Shown here: one piece after another, positions 23,001-35,134 of the stretch | Layout: each line of letters begins with the position of its first letter | How positions within the stretch are numbered: the stretch's first letter is position 1 | Assembly: GCA_964019425.1 (NCBI GenBank) | Contig: OZ025782.1 | Location: forward strand, 620,001-684,000 | Source: Flectonema sp. DT1601 | Lineage: Eukaryota | Length of the DNA: 64,000 nt | Direction: 5' to 3' | The notes under the pieces: generated by a model | The model's database searches: none | Told to the model about the DNA's origin: nothing | What the model saw: the letters and a program-made list of their open reading frames with translations, nothing else | Made by a program: the position numbers and the translations under genes

Positions 23001-24837
23001 CTGAAAAGAAATTTAAATTGGGGCAGATGGTCGAAGTTCGAGATGCTTCTCACCAAGACTGGAAACAAGGAAAGATTGTTGCATTCGCTGATGACAATAA
23101 ACCACAAGTATTAGCAACAGGTCATCAATCAGCTTATGTGTGGAATCATATTCAACATGCTCCTTCTCTCTCATCAGATTCAAAGACTACAGAGAAGGAG
23201 TCATCCTTCGAGGCTGAGTACCCCGACGTCGTACGCATCACATCAAAAGACGGATCTCTAAGTCAAGTCTGTGGTAAATATAAAAAAGTAGACGGGACGA
23301 ATGATTCTTCTCCTTCATCAACTTTACAAATGTTGTACGCACACGTTTATAGTGAGAAATGGTTGTTCATATCGAAAAATAAAACATGGTGCATATCAAA
23401 TAGAAAAGATGACATGACGACAGGTTACGGCTACGTTCACAGCATTCCTATGACTACACAACTGAGAGGACCGACCCAGGTAGACAACTGGTTTAGAGCA
23501 AGAGATGAGTCGGTTGATCTTCACTGTCTGTCATCTGCTCTTACTCTTCCAGTTTCATTCTGGGGATTGAAAAATGATGTTAAAGAACAGGTGACTTTAA
23601 GAATAAATAAAAGCAATCACATCGAATGGTGTCAAAACCTCGGAGAGAAGAGTGAAACGACTCAAATAGTAGAAGAACTGATCCTCGATAATGGTATCTT
23701 AAAAGACCCAAGCTCTGGTTGGAATCGAAGAATTCGAATTGGAGATCCGTCTGAAGATCTACTTCGTGACATCGCTGATCTTGGTATGTGTTTTTATTAA
23801 AGAAAAAAAAAAAGAGCAAAGCTCCCGAACAAACTTATGCCGAAAGTGCCAATAGTACCCCCGTTTTTATTAAAAAAAAAAACATAACACATCACAAAAC
23901 AGGAATGTCTGTAAAAATACCAATTCATGGTTTCCCTCAACTAGAGGGCACCTCACTAACAATGGAACCTGTAAATAAGGACGACAAAGTTAGCATTCAG
24001 AAAGCTCGTTTTCAAGTGAGGGACGAAATCGATGTCAGAGACACAGAAAGCCGTCCTTGGCAGGTAGCAATAATTACATCGATTTCTAACGGAGTTATTA
24101 TGTGTAAGCCTCGTAACTATTCTGACAGTCATAAGTTTAGATGGATGAAGAGGTCTTCTAATTCAATAAAACCTCTTCCACATAAATGGATGGCCAAAGC
24201 TTCTCAGTCTGGTAGCAGTTCCCCAACTGCTGCTGCTGCGGCACCTGCCGCTGCACCTGCTCCCGCACAGCCTAAAAAAGCAACTGCTGCTCCTCCAGCT
24301 AAAACTGCAGCCCAACCTGTTGTTCAAAAGGCTGTCGCTCCTGCAGCTGCACCCGCTGCGGTTGCAAAAACAACATCCTCTCCGGCTGCAAGAGCTCCGG
24401 CACCAGCTTCGGCACCATCTCCCGCTATAGTCGCCTCTCCTGTTAAAGCCGTTAAAGAGAAACCTGCTGAATCTGAAAGGAAGTCTCGAGACCACAAAGT
24501 TAAGGAAAAGAAAGATGAAAAAGAGAAAAAGAAAGCAGCTCCAGCAGCAGCGAGTAAGCAACCAGAAGCAAAGAAACCGGAAGCGAAGAAGACTGCGGCT
24601 GCTGCGGCTGCGACACCTACGGCGATGTTTGCGAGGCCTGCAGCTAAGAAGGCTGGTGGTAAGGTAGCTGGTAAACCAAAGGGACCAGCGACTACAACTA
24701 CAACAACAACAACAACAACCTCGACATCAAGTACCAGTAGCACAACTGATAGTTCTGATTCGGGTAGTAGCTCAGGCTCCTCAGACACGTCATCGACTGA
24801 CTCCTCTGAAAGTGATTGGTCCAGCTCCACTAGGTAG
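14025..24837 (+). CDS. Giant (~3503 aa) protein: ~31 Tudor/SH3-like repeats, Pro-rich linker, DZIP1/Iguana-like domain with C2H2 finger, further beta domains and an Ala/Pro/Lys/Ser tail; exons 14025-14030, 14066-21424, 21504-21599, 21668-23783, 23903-24837
   Basis: Three long ORFs joined in frame by introns; LNWQLLSGID...DVEILESIMKNVTYA...LFSLSQLVTQYL (Dzip-like N domain), then FKCDICGRLFKKENHLLSHSRKRH; exon 1 is tentative (alternative start at ATG 14084). Confidence 0.8.
14031..14065 (+). other. Possible 35-nt intron
   Basis: ATGAGT|GTTTG...ACTAAACAG|GATCCC, in frame. Confidence 0.5.
14090..20105 (+). repeat. Coding tandem array of ~31 units of ~190-200 bp (GDKVRVRDNEKEDWKxGTVTDMRGDKPVVKLxGQSRGFTWTFFE plus Gly/Ser/Pro linker)
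   Basis: Counted in the translation; central units are near-identical at DNA level and the last ~6 are diverged. Confidence 0.95.
21425..21503 (+). other. Spliceosomal intron (79 nt)
   Basis: GTATG...TTTAAAACAG, phase 0. Confidence 0.85.
21600..21667 (+). other. Spliceosomal intron (68 nt)
   Basis: GTATG...AAAAAACAAAAAAAAAACAG, phase 0; the 96-nt exon upstream is open. Confidence 0.85.
23784..23902 (+). other. Spliceosomal intron (119 nt)
   Basis: GTATG...CATCACAAAACAG, phase 1. Confidence 0.8.
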
Positions 24838-24915
24838 ACGTTTACTTGTACTTCATTATCATTGGACAAAACTAATCCGCTCAAACCCTCTCACTCTTTA
24901 ATAGATTTTGTATGA

Positions 24916-24952
<37 letters not shown>

Positions 24953-25624
24953 AGTATTCTCAGTCTCTTTTTATGTAGTTTTTGATTAAAATTTAAACTT
25001 ACCCCTAGTCCTGCACCCTATCCCCGAGTAGATTATGTTTATATATTTGTTAGTGGTCTGTACACCTTCATATTTTTGAGTCTGTGTATTTTGTCTTATT
25101 TCCTCACGGTTCTGTTTATACGAGCAAAAGGGAAAGAATGTACAAAAACTTACAAAAAAAAACTGAAAAAAAAAAAAAAAAGGGGGGAAAAAGTACTTTA
25201 GATATGCATAGATTTTCATTGGCAGCACCAAGGAAGATGGTTTTTAAAAAAAAAAAAAAAAAAAAAAGTAAGTAAAATGAATAAATTAAGCTCAGTATGG
25301 TTTTTCGCTACGAATAACTAGAGTTCTGTTCATAAAAAAAAAAAAAAAAAAGAACTTGTAAAACCACGTAAAAAAAAAAGAAAAAAAGAAAAAAAAAAGA
25401 ATCCAATTGTATTGCACCACCTAAACCTCAGTAGCCACAGTGCTGCTTGCCCCTTTTATTAGTATTTTTTTTTAGTCTTTGTTGTTTGGAGTTAATGATA
25501 ATATTTTCACACATAAAGGATTACTGCAGTTCTAACAAAGCGAATGACTGAAGCTGACTAGTTTGATTATTTTATTTTATCTAAACTAACTGACATATTA
25601 TGAACAGCAACAATCATATTTAAG

Positions 25625-26308
25625 ATGCTCAGAATTGGAGTCTTAGGAATCCAGGGAGGGTTCGAAGAACATTTAGAAATGGTAAAGGCTGTTGGTTGTG
25701 AAGCAGTTGACGTGAGACTCCCTCAGCACATGGAAGATTTAGATGCGCTGGTTCTACCGGGTGGGGAGAGTACGACTATTGGAATGGTTGCTCGTGATAA
25801 TAATTTGATCGAACCTGTTAGAAAGTTCATCCACGATGATAAGAAGCCTGTCATGGGAACCTGTGCTGGAATGATCGTCTTATCAGAGAATGTTACTGAC
25901 CAACAAACTGGTGGCCAAGCACTCTTTGGAGGTCTCGATACGGTCGTTTGTAGAAACGGTTTTGGAAGACAAATCAACTCGTTCGAATCAAAGGTCAAAG
26001 TTGTTGGAATGAAGGGAGACGAACAGCCTTCTGGAGCTGAGATTTTCATCAGAGCACCAATTGTGAAGAAGTGCGGACCAGATGTTGAAGTAATTGCAAC
26101 TTTGACTCACTCATTTAAAGACAAGTGCAACCCAAATGCTACAAGTAAACCAACTGAAGATAACCAAGAAGTTATTGTTGGTGTTAAACAAGGTTCTACA
26201 ATTGCTCTATCATTCCACCCAGAGCTGACTTCCGACACCTACTGGCACCGTTATTTTAAAAATGTAGTTCAAGAGTGCAAGGATGCCTGCAGCTCAGTTA
26301 GATCATAG
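25625..26308 (+). CDS. PDX2: Pyridoxal 5'-phosphate synthase, glutaminase subunit
   Basis: IGVLGIQG, LPGGESTT, GTCAGMI, RNGFGRQINSFE, FIRAP, FHPELT. Confidence 0.95.
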   Translation: MLRIGVLGIQGGFEEHLEMVKAVGCEAVDVRLPQHMEDLDALVLPGGESTTIGMVARDNNLIEPVRKFIHDDKKPVMGTCAGMIVLSENVTDQQTGGQALFGGLDTVVCRNGFGRQINSFESKVKVVGMKGDEQPSGAEIFIRAPIVKKCGPDVEVIATLTHSFKDKCNPNATSKPTEDNQEVIVGVKQGSTIALSFHPELTSDTYWHRYFKNVVQECKDACSSVRS

Positions 26309-26971
26309 TCTATTTTTCATTAAAGTGATAAACACAAGAAGTGGGCTGTCGTTTTCCACGTCTCTGCTGTCTTGTTGGAATGATTGTTGTCGTTTTGCTC
26401 ATTGTCAGTATCCTTTTTGTTATATAGTTTAAAGACTCTCAAATGATGCATTAATTGCACTTTTAAGAAGGTCTTTTTCTACAAAACGTTTCGCACTGGG
26501 CAGCCACACCCGCTTTGGCGCCTGGACCATCAGTTGGAAGGGAGAAAATTACTTTTTCCCATCTCTTTTTTTTTTATTTCCCCCTTTTTCCCTTTTCTCC
26601 CCACCCCCGCAAAAGGTCATTTTACATAACCGAAAATCGCACGAAGGGGGGTGTCCTGCTACATGTTAGCTAACAGGGAAAAGGTCAATAAATTCTATAC
26701 AACGGCAATGTGTTAATTGTTTTGTATCTACGCATTCCGTCTATCAGTATCGCGAAAGAGTGAACAAAAATATTGCACTGGTGACAGGCTGTTTATTGTT
26801 CTGTTGTATTCGCGAGTGGTGTCTTTAAATTGAGATTGAACTACAATTAGTTATCAATAACCACAAGTTTTTGTTATTAGGTTGTAGTGACAGTTCCTTG
26901 TTATCATGTCGTTGTATTTGAGGTTTTTATTTTATGTAGTTGTTTTTGTTACTTCAGGTTTCATCCCAGAA

Positions 26972-29900
26972 ATGGAGGGTGAAAGTGTGTTGGGGTATCC
27001 AATAACAATTCCTGATCCGATACTAGCTGCAACATTATCACCAAGGCAGCTGAGCCCTCATCGAAGTAGGCCATCAAGGAGACACAAACATTTAGCTGCA
27101 ATCCCGAAAGGAAGAAAAACATCACCTCCTTCTGACTTCACTCCTGCCTCTACACTTTTGAGAGTTGCGAAAAAACTGAAGAAGAACGAAGCGAGTAATA
27201 TATTAAGAAGACCTTTTCAACAGATGACTAGCAGACCATTTTCAACTGTTGACAAGTTCTCTGTTTACCTTGAAGACAAGACTAGCTATCGTATTGATGA
27301 TTCTCTCGAAGGGAGAACTGCACGTGAACAGCGAGTAGCTAATCAAGAAATTAACAGTTTTCACAGACAGCGTAATATCGAAGTAGCAAATTGTATTGAA
27401 CAGTGGGAACGTGATCGACTTCTATGTTCGATGACTGGCGTACTACAGCGACAAGAAGCTGAGGTTCGGAAGCATCTGAAGGAATCTGAAAAGATTGCTC
27501 GGCTACCAATTAGAGTCCATGCTGAAAGACTAATTACTCGACATACTGTTCGGGTCGAGCGTCAGGCACGAGCAGAGATACGTCGCAAGTTCGAAGCCGA
27601 GAGGCTACGGAAAATGAGAGAACTAATAGCACAATTATCAAAACAAGAAGAAGCTAAAAGAAAGTATTATGAGAACGAGCAATTCCACTCCGTAGAATTA
27701 CTACAAAGAATTAACACTAAGAGTGGAGAACACGCAATACGACTTGGTATAGAAGTTGAGTACCGCAGAGGTGTCTATGCTGCAAAAAGAGAATTCCAAC
27801 GTGAGGCAGATCGCCTCCGTCAGTATCTTCTTCGTCGTGAAGAATGGCTAAAGAAACAAACCAAAGAACGTGAATCTCAGGAACACGAGGAGGATGAATC
27901 TCGCCGCTCCACAATAGACGATGAGAAGACAACAATAAAATTGGTATCAAAACAAATGAAATCTCAAATGGAAGAAATTCTCGAAGAAATAAAACGCCAA
28001 GAAGAACAACTTCAACAACAACATGAAGCCCTTCGGGCAAAGTTCCTCTCCTACTGTCAAGAGATTGACACTTCTGAAGCTAAACAACGAGCAACACTTG
28101 CAAGTGATGAATGCACTGATAGAAGACAGCTTAGAAACCTTTCTGCTGCAGCTAAGTCAGATGCAAAAAATAGACAAAGTGATCGGCTTTTGAGAGAAAA
28201 AGAAATGTGGTCCCGACAACACTCAGCAGAGAAAGACTTGATTGTAGTGGAAGAAGAGAATATTAGAAAAGTTATTCTAAATAAAGCAACTTGTAGAGGT
28301 GAGAAACTATTTGAATGGTACGACAAAGTAAGTACAGAAATCCATAAACCTATCTACCTAAGTTGTAATAACTCAGATCTATACGAAGAATGGGACAGCG
28401 ACAAAGAAGATCCCGAAGACGAATCAATCCGACGACATTGGTGGAGACGCAAAGCAAGTCGACATCGACTACTGGGAGGTAGTCCCATTAACACAATCAC
28501 AGAAGTACCGATCTACATGATGAAAGGAAGTGACATGCCAATGTATCAATCGCTTGATGTCCTACACAGACGTACCCATCCAGATAATAATTCAACTTGT
28601 ACTGGTCAAGATAATTTTTATACTGGAATGGTTGACGTTATTGTTAAAATAAACAAAGGAAGTAACGGACAGGAAATGGTTAAAGCAATGATTCAAGAAG
28701 TACCAGCACCATTCCATGATACTACAACCAGATTGAAGTTTGTACCTTCGATGGGTGTTATTCTTGTGACTGACTCTACTACTTCGATACTATGTGATAA
28801 GATGCCAACGTGGAATAGTAATATCAACACCATGACTGTTCGTATTAATATCGGTAAATCAGAAGGGAAACGTTTCACAGAACTACAACTTGCTATGGTT
28901 TGTAATGTAATCAGATCATTCTCATTCGCAACAACTGAAGACAGCGATGATAAATTACAACATCGAAACGTCAGAGTCATGTTATCAGTTTCTTTTGAAG
29001 CACACGAAACAGAGCATTCTCTCAACTTACACATTCCGATGACTGTTTCAGTAACACCACCTCTGTTTGTTATACCAGAAGAAAGTAAAGTTTTATTTAA
29101 ACCTCAAGGAGGTAGAACATTAGAACTATTTCCCAAAGTAATCTTACCACAGTTACACCCTGACTTGAATGTTGGAAGACTACTAAGGGGATCTAAACTA
29201 TCAATCGACTTCTCTGAAGGATTCTCTGAAGGCGATACGATCGCTTTATCGAACAGTGTTAGTATCAGTCATGGTATATTTACTGTGGATGGTTCAAATA
29301 TTTTGAAGGCACCTGATGCCTCTGCTTGTCCATTTATAAATTCACAAGTCAGTATGAAAAGTTCAAGCTACACGGTAATAGCGGCATCTCTAGGTTATAC
29401 ACAAAACCGTAGTAGTTTACAAGAAGTTTTTAAAGGAAATAGTCCTTTGGAAGCGATTGTGTCGTTTATTAGATCTCTTCGATTTGTTAGCACCAGCAGC
29501 TCTCGTCCATGTCGAGAAGTTACAGTTCAACTTGCTGACCTATCAAATATACTTGTGACGAGCATCACAGTTATGGTAAAAATGTATCATAAGGGTGAAC
29601 CTATCTATATGGAAGGTTCAAAAATAGGAGAGCCACCTCCAATTCATCGATTGAATGCCTTGTGTCATCCTAAACACGTTCAGTTTTTTGAACCTATTTA
29701 CACCTCAGTATTCAACAGATTGCTACTACAATCAACAGAGCTTGATGGAGATAAAGTTGATGAAGGGTCACTTACAGTGACGATATGTAATGGTGTGAAA
29801 GGTGATCAGTTGACTCTCCTCACTGATGACACCATCAGTGTGGAATACGAAAACGATGATCCTGAAAACGAAGTTCAAAAAGTTTATGTTAAAGAACTTA

Positions 29901-32273
29901 AAAAAGGAATTATTGTCTCTCACGAAGTTGGAACTCTTCTGATCGAATCAGACAGTGAAGGTGGAGCTGTCTTGGTTATAGAATTCGCAAATCCAGACGG
30001 AGGAGTAAAACTCTCCGCCATACAAAGAATCATTAAGGGTATCGCATATTCACTAGACGAGGGAATGCGAAAATCTGGAACAAAGAAAATCGAACTACGG
30101 CTTCGACCGGGTGACAGACCCGAAGTTCACATGATCCAATTTATAAAAGTATGCCAGCCATCAATTGATATGCCTCCTCATTATCAACAACAGGAATATA
30201 AAGAAGGTCAAGGTGCTAAGCGATTAGCTTTATTCGATTCTGAAGTCTTTGAAAGCTCACCTGAAGATCAACTAAGCGAAGGAACCGTAGTAGTAGAAGT
30301 CCTAAATCAATTGGACGAAGATAAGATTAGTATTTCTACTTATAATAATTGTGATTTTTCAATTAACCCAAACGGCAACAAAAGTTTCATCTGCAGTAAT
30401 ATCACCGACCATCAAGTCGGATGGTTTTACAATGGAAGTGCTGCTCTTTCAGGTACTTTGAAAATCTATATTTCTGTTAGAAGAGGACAACAACCAGTCT
30501 TAATAAAAAGAGATATTGTCGGCATGCTACGCGGACTCGCTTACACAAATAACAGTCGAGATCCTCAGGAGCTGCGGAAGTATATTCGAGTGACATTATC
30601 AGGTCCGAGTTGTGGAGTTTCACAACTTCTATTGGAATTAGCGATCAACACAGTTAACGACCCTACCATGATGATTGTACCCCATACAGAAGTTACATAT
30701 GCTCCAAATACAAAAGGAAGTGAATGGGGATGCTTAGTAGCTGAGGGTGCGGCTATGGAGGATCCAGATACCAGATACATATCTCCAGGTGGAGTGTTAA
30801 CTGCTGAACTCGTTGCTGGAGGAGGATTAGGTTCTGGTGATACTTTTTCCTTAATCAGTCCTGAACATCAATCAGTGTTATATCCTGATAGTAATTTAGT
30901 TCTTAATTATGAAGAAGAGTCGGGAAGGCTCGAACTAAATAACTTATTCTGCGCTACGGTAACAGTCAAAGAAGAACGTTCCATTACAGTTCGATTCTTA
31001 CCTCAAAATCCAAAAGATGTAACACTTGAAATCGCAAGTTACATCCTTCGCTGCATTACATTCAATTCAAACGGAACACCAACTCGAGTTGGTGTTCGTT
31101 CGTTTATTCTTCGGTTCAATGCTGGAGATCATCCAGTATCAGATACAAAAATAAAAATAACAATTGACGTTATTCCCCCTTTGATATTCGCTCCTGCATT
31201 CACACACAATGCATTATATAAGGAAGGACAGATGATGATGTTGAATGGAAAGGTAAGCAGTGGTAGGATTGGACCTAACGGGAGTCTACAAGGATGTGAA
31301 ATATGGGTTGAGATCACTGATGGATTTGTTGGTTCTCAAGATGAGCTTCATTTTATAGCAGGTCGTGATTGTTCATTGCAGAATAATTCAATTTTTTTAG
31401 CTGGAACGAAAACACCTGTTGGGATTCTAACAAAACAAAATAATAAAGTATCGATTAAGTGTGATGACAAATCTCGGGGTGTTGGTGGGAAACTTCAACA
31501 AGTCGTACGATGTTTTCACTATTACAATTCATCAAAGAGTCCTGACACACATCCTCGAACAATTGATATTTGCATGTCTCAAAACGGAAGCCTCAGCGTC
31601 ATTCAAATGAACATCGACATCCAATCCATCGATGACATGACTAATATAATTTTAGCAAAACAAACTCATTTCTACATCGCAGATTCAAAACCAGTCTTAC
31701 CATTTTCGTCAGCCAACGTATTCGATGATGACACAGAAGTGTTTGAGGCTCCACATTCATTTCTTAAAGCTGAAATGCCTTCTTCATGTAGTAACGATAT
31801 TCTTTCTATTTTAACTGATGAGGAAGTGTCAATCGATCCGTCGAGTCAGTTAGTTAGCGTTGGTAATAGAGACTGTGGCATATGGAGACAAAAAAATAAA
31901 GGATTTCACATCGACCTTTCCAATTGCGCTATAGCTGATCTCCAAACGATCATAAGAAGTATAACTTATGGTACAAAAGACATGCGACAGTGTCGGGGAA
32001 TGTCAAAAGTAATCAACCTATTCGTTAGGGGTGGTCCATCAGTTCCTGTGACCAGGGTATCAATGGGAATGGATTTATTTCCAATGTTTATCGAAATTCC
32101 ACGTGCTAAGTCTGAAAAAGCACACGTCGTATCCCCAACCGCACCTTACAACTTATACACTACTGCTTGTCTTCGTTTTGTTGGAGGTTCCTGGATCCAA
32201 GGAATGGCACCTCATGTGATTACGATAGCGACAGACAATAGAGCAATGCAGATGTTATTATTATCTCAGGTAT

Positions 32274-32306
<33 letters not shown>

Positions 32307-32727
32307 TTGTTGTCGTTGTTACGTACGCAAGTAAAAAAACAAACAACAGACTCCAGCATCAACTACCGGTGGAGCAATAAGCCTACGCAAGACGGAAGGT
32401 AATTTCACAGAGTCATGTTGCGATTTAATCGAGGACGATAAAAAAATAGGAAAGGTATCCACATTAGATTACAACCCACAATTCCCAAAGGATGGTGTCA
32501 TCGCTACCTCATTCACGATTACGCTAACTAGCGGGAAGTCAAAGAGACCACCTACACAAAGGATTAATAGTGTCTTGCAATTAATTAATGTCATTCATAA
32601 TGCTGATTCTTTCTTACCTCCTAGTGCTATTACTAAATTAATAATTACCATGTTTCCGACGTCAGATCCGTACTTGGTATCTGAAGTGGTAGTGAAGTTA
32701 ACCAAAGAGAAGGAATCACTTTCATAA
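26972..32727 (+). CDS. Large (~1891 aa) protein with an N-terminal coiled coil and tandem beta-sandwich repeats resembling bacterial giant-adhesin/cadherin-like repeats; exons 26972-32269 and 32350-32727
   Basis: Repeated LxVxIxxG...GDxL...LRxLxYxNxSxDP...RxI...IxxVND pattern; ATG 26972 follows an acceptor at 26957; the intron opens a further 125 codons. Confidence 0.75.
32270..32349 (+). other. Spliceosomal intron (80 nt)
   Basis: GTATG poly-T TTGTTGTTG...AAAAAAACAAACAACAG, phase 0. Confidence 0.85.
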
Positions 32728-32942
32728 TTAACAATTCAAAGCTGTTGGCTTCTGCTACGGCTCTTGTTTTTTTGTTATCTTTGGATTTTTGTCTTTTTGG
32801 GAAGGGGGGGAGAAAAACCATTCAGATAAGCCTTATATTTTGTTGATCGCAGCTAGTTTTACTGGCGCACAGGGAAATAGATAACATGACATAATAAATA
32901 ACGGCTCTTAATCTGAATAGTTTCTTCTCCGACTTCGTCGGT

Positions 32943-32978
<36 letters not shown>

Positions 32979-33268
32979 ATATTTCTGTTCCTATTCGTTA
33001 TTTACACAACAATGCCCAACGAACCTGTCTGTGAATTGCAGCAGACTTATTTTGCTCTCCTCACTGCCTTCTGGTACTGCCTATTGGTTCGTTACTGTTA
33101 CTGTTGTTAGTTTAGTTAAATAACATTATATTCTCAGGTTGTACAACGAAATTATTGACAGCGGGGGAATTACTTTCTTATATTTAAAAGGGATAAGACT
33201 ATTAAGTGATATATTTTATTTATTGCGATATTATATTAATATCTCAGATCAATATGATTATTAAATAG

Positions 33269-34782
33269 ATGTCCAAGTGGAGGAGGATGCATCAAGTAGG
33301 AGCAGATGTGGAATTAGCAATGCCTCAAAATAGAGAGGAGGTAGTGTTCACACCTGGGCCTACTTGTTATGATGTAAATCGGTATCCGTTTGATGAAAAG
33401 AAGATCTCAATCAGTATTAGAAAACGTAAAAAAGGTTTTGATGAAGTTATAAAACAGGAGACTCCCAGCGAGGTGATAACATTCCGCTCATGTGATGAGA
33501 TCCACGCAGCTATTCAACCGAAATCATTCTCAGCAACCTTTAGCTGCCAACCTCGTTTTAAAGATAATAAAAAGTCTGTCTGCCATGCTGACTCTGTTCT
33601 TCAAATTTCAGACTCTTGGCAAGCCACGCAACCAAAGATATACGCCGCCAACTTTAACTTGGCTACTGCGGGTGATACTTTTCCTAAGGATCCACTATTG
33701 TGTAAGTATGATTTATTTTATTTTATTAAATGTCTTGTAGTACCACTGATGTGTATCAATTCATGTCACACAACTCAAACAGAGGAACATGTGGTCCGGC
33801 TCCTGGTTACTACTCTAGCGACTGGGGATCCATCCAACGCTCAGTTAGGAAAAACGATGGCGGTCACCTCTCGAGGGAAGCGAGAAAAATGGAGTGGGCA
33901 TCTCATCAAGAGAGTCCTGGACCAATTTATCATCCAAAGTATGAAACCGTTGATGGGCAAACCCTCGGGGGAGCTTTTACGAGGAAATTTACCAGCAAGA
34001 AAGATCCTTCAAAAAAGAAAAAAATATCTACTCCTGGTCCGCAAGACTACTGCGGAAATGACTTCATAAGAAGTCAAGACACAAGACCACCGAGGACAGT
34101 ATTTGGAAAGCGAAGAGGAATACTTGATATGCCACTTCCTTTTAGTGTATCAAACTTTCACAACAGTGGGACTATGAGAACTCGCTTACAAGGACCTGCT
34201 GGTTACGCTGCAAGAGAACGTCATGAAGATGATCGTTTGAGACGATTCATGTTTTGGGAAAGTAGAAGAAGAAAAAACCAACATTTTAATGAACCTCTCA
34301 CTACGACACAAAGACCGAAGTCTGCTCAAAGTAATCGAAGACAAGTTTTTAGAGTTTCATTGAAGAGATCTGTAACACCTCCTGAAGTGTTGCGGGAAAG
34401 GATACAAAAACAGAAACAGGCAAAGCCCAGAAACACTTTAAAAGAAATTATTGCTGTAGTTGAAAAGGGAAAGATTCTAAATATCGAAAGCATCTCCACT
34501 GAACCTGAGCCAGAACCACAACCAGAACCTGAGGAGGAAACTATCGAACAGCAAGTAACCAAACTACACCATCGGCTTCACCTATTCGAGGGAGCTCTAG
34601 GTAGGTCTATTGAGACTGCCAGTACCACAAGGGAAGCTCTCGACTCAGCTATTCTCCAAGCTGAAGATATAGTTAGCGTTCCTCTTCAAAATCTCAGTAT
34701 AAGTGTCAGCGCTGTGAAGTCTGTTTTAAATACTCACAAAGGCAACCACTTGGTAGTGCCAGCACAGAATATGCATCACTAA
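33269..34782 (+). CDS. Sperm-tail PG-rich (SHIPPO/STPG/ODF3-like) repeat protein, exons 33269-33705 and 33741-34782, ~492 aa
   Basis: TPGPTCYDV, PAPGYY, SPGPIYHP, TPGPQDY motifs; two overlapping ORFs joined by a 35-nt intron. Confidence 0.7.
33706..33740 (+). other. Spliceosomal intron (35 nt)
   Basis: GTATGATTT...TCTTGTAG, phase 2; the overlapping GTAAG donor at 33702 does not restore the frame. Confidence 0.7.
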
Positions 34783-35134
34783 AAAGTCAGTTGCTAAATT
34801 ATTTATTTACTCCGATGCTTTGAATTAATAGTTTCATTTACACGACTTCAAACTGAAAGGCTTGGTAGTCAGAACTGTTACTGCAGTAGTCTCTGATTAG
34901 TCCTCTGCGTCCCTTACGAGACTGCAGGAATGTGTTGTAAAATATTAATTTTCGAGTTCCATCTCAAAGATAAACAACACATTTTCAGAGTTTTAAAAAA
35001 AAGAAAAAAAAAAAAAAAAAAATCCAAAATTTATTCTGACTGGTAGTTGTTTCTAATTAGTAGTAAGATTTTTATTATACAGGAAAACAAAAAAAGAAAA
35101 AAGAGAAGAATAAGGAAAATAAAACAAACAAACA

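Noticed and set aside
25544..25607. ATG 25544 plus GTTTG...AACAG (25561-25607) as an extra first exon of PDX2
   Set aside because: Splicing gives a stop and is out of frame with ATG 25625; it could be a UTR intron or uORF but cannot be supported
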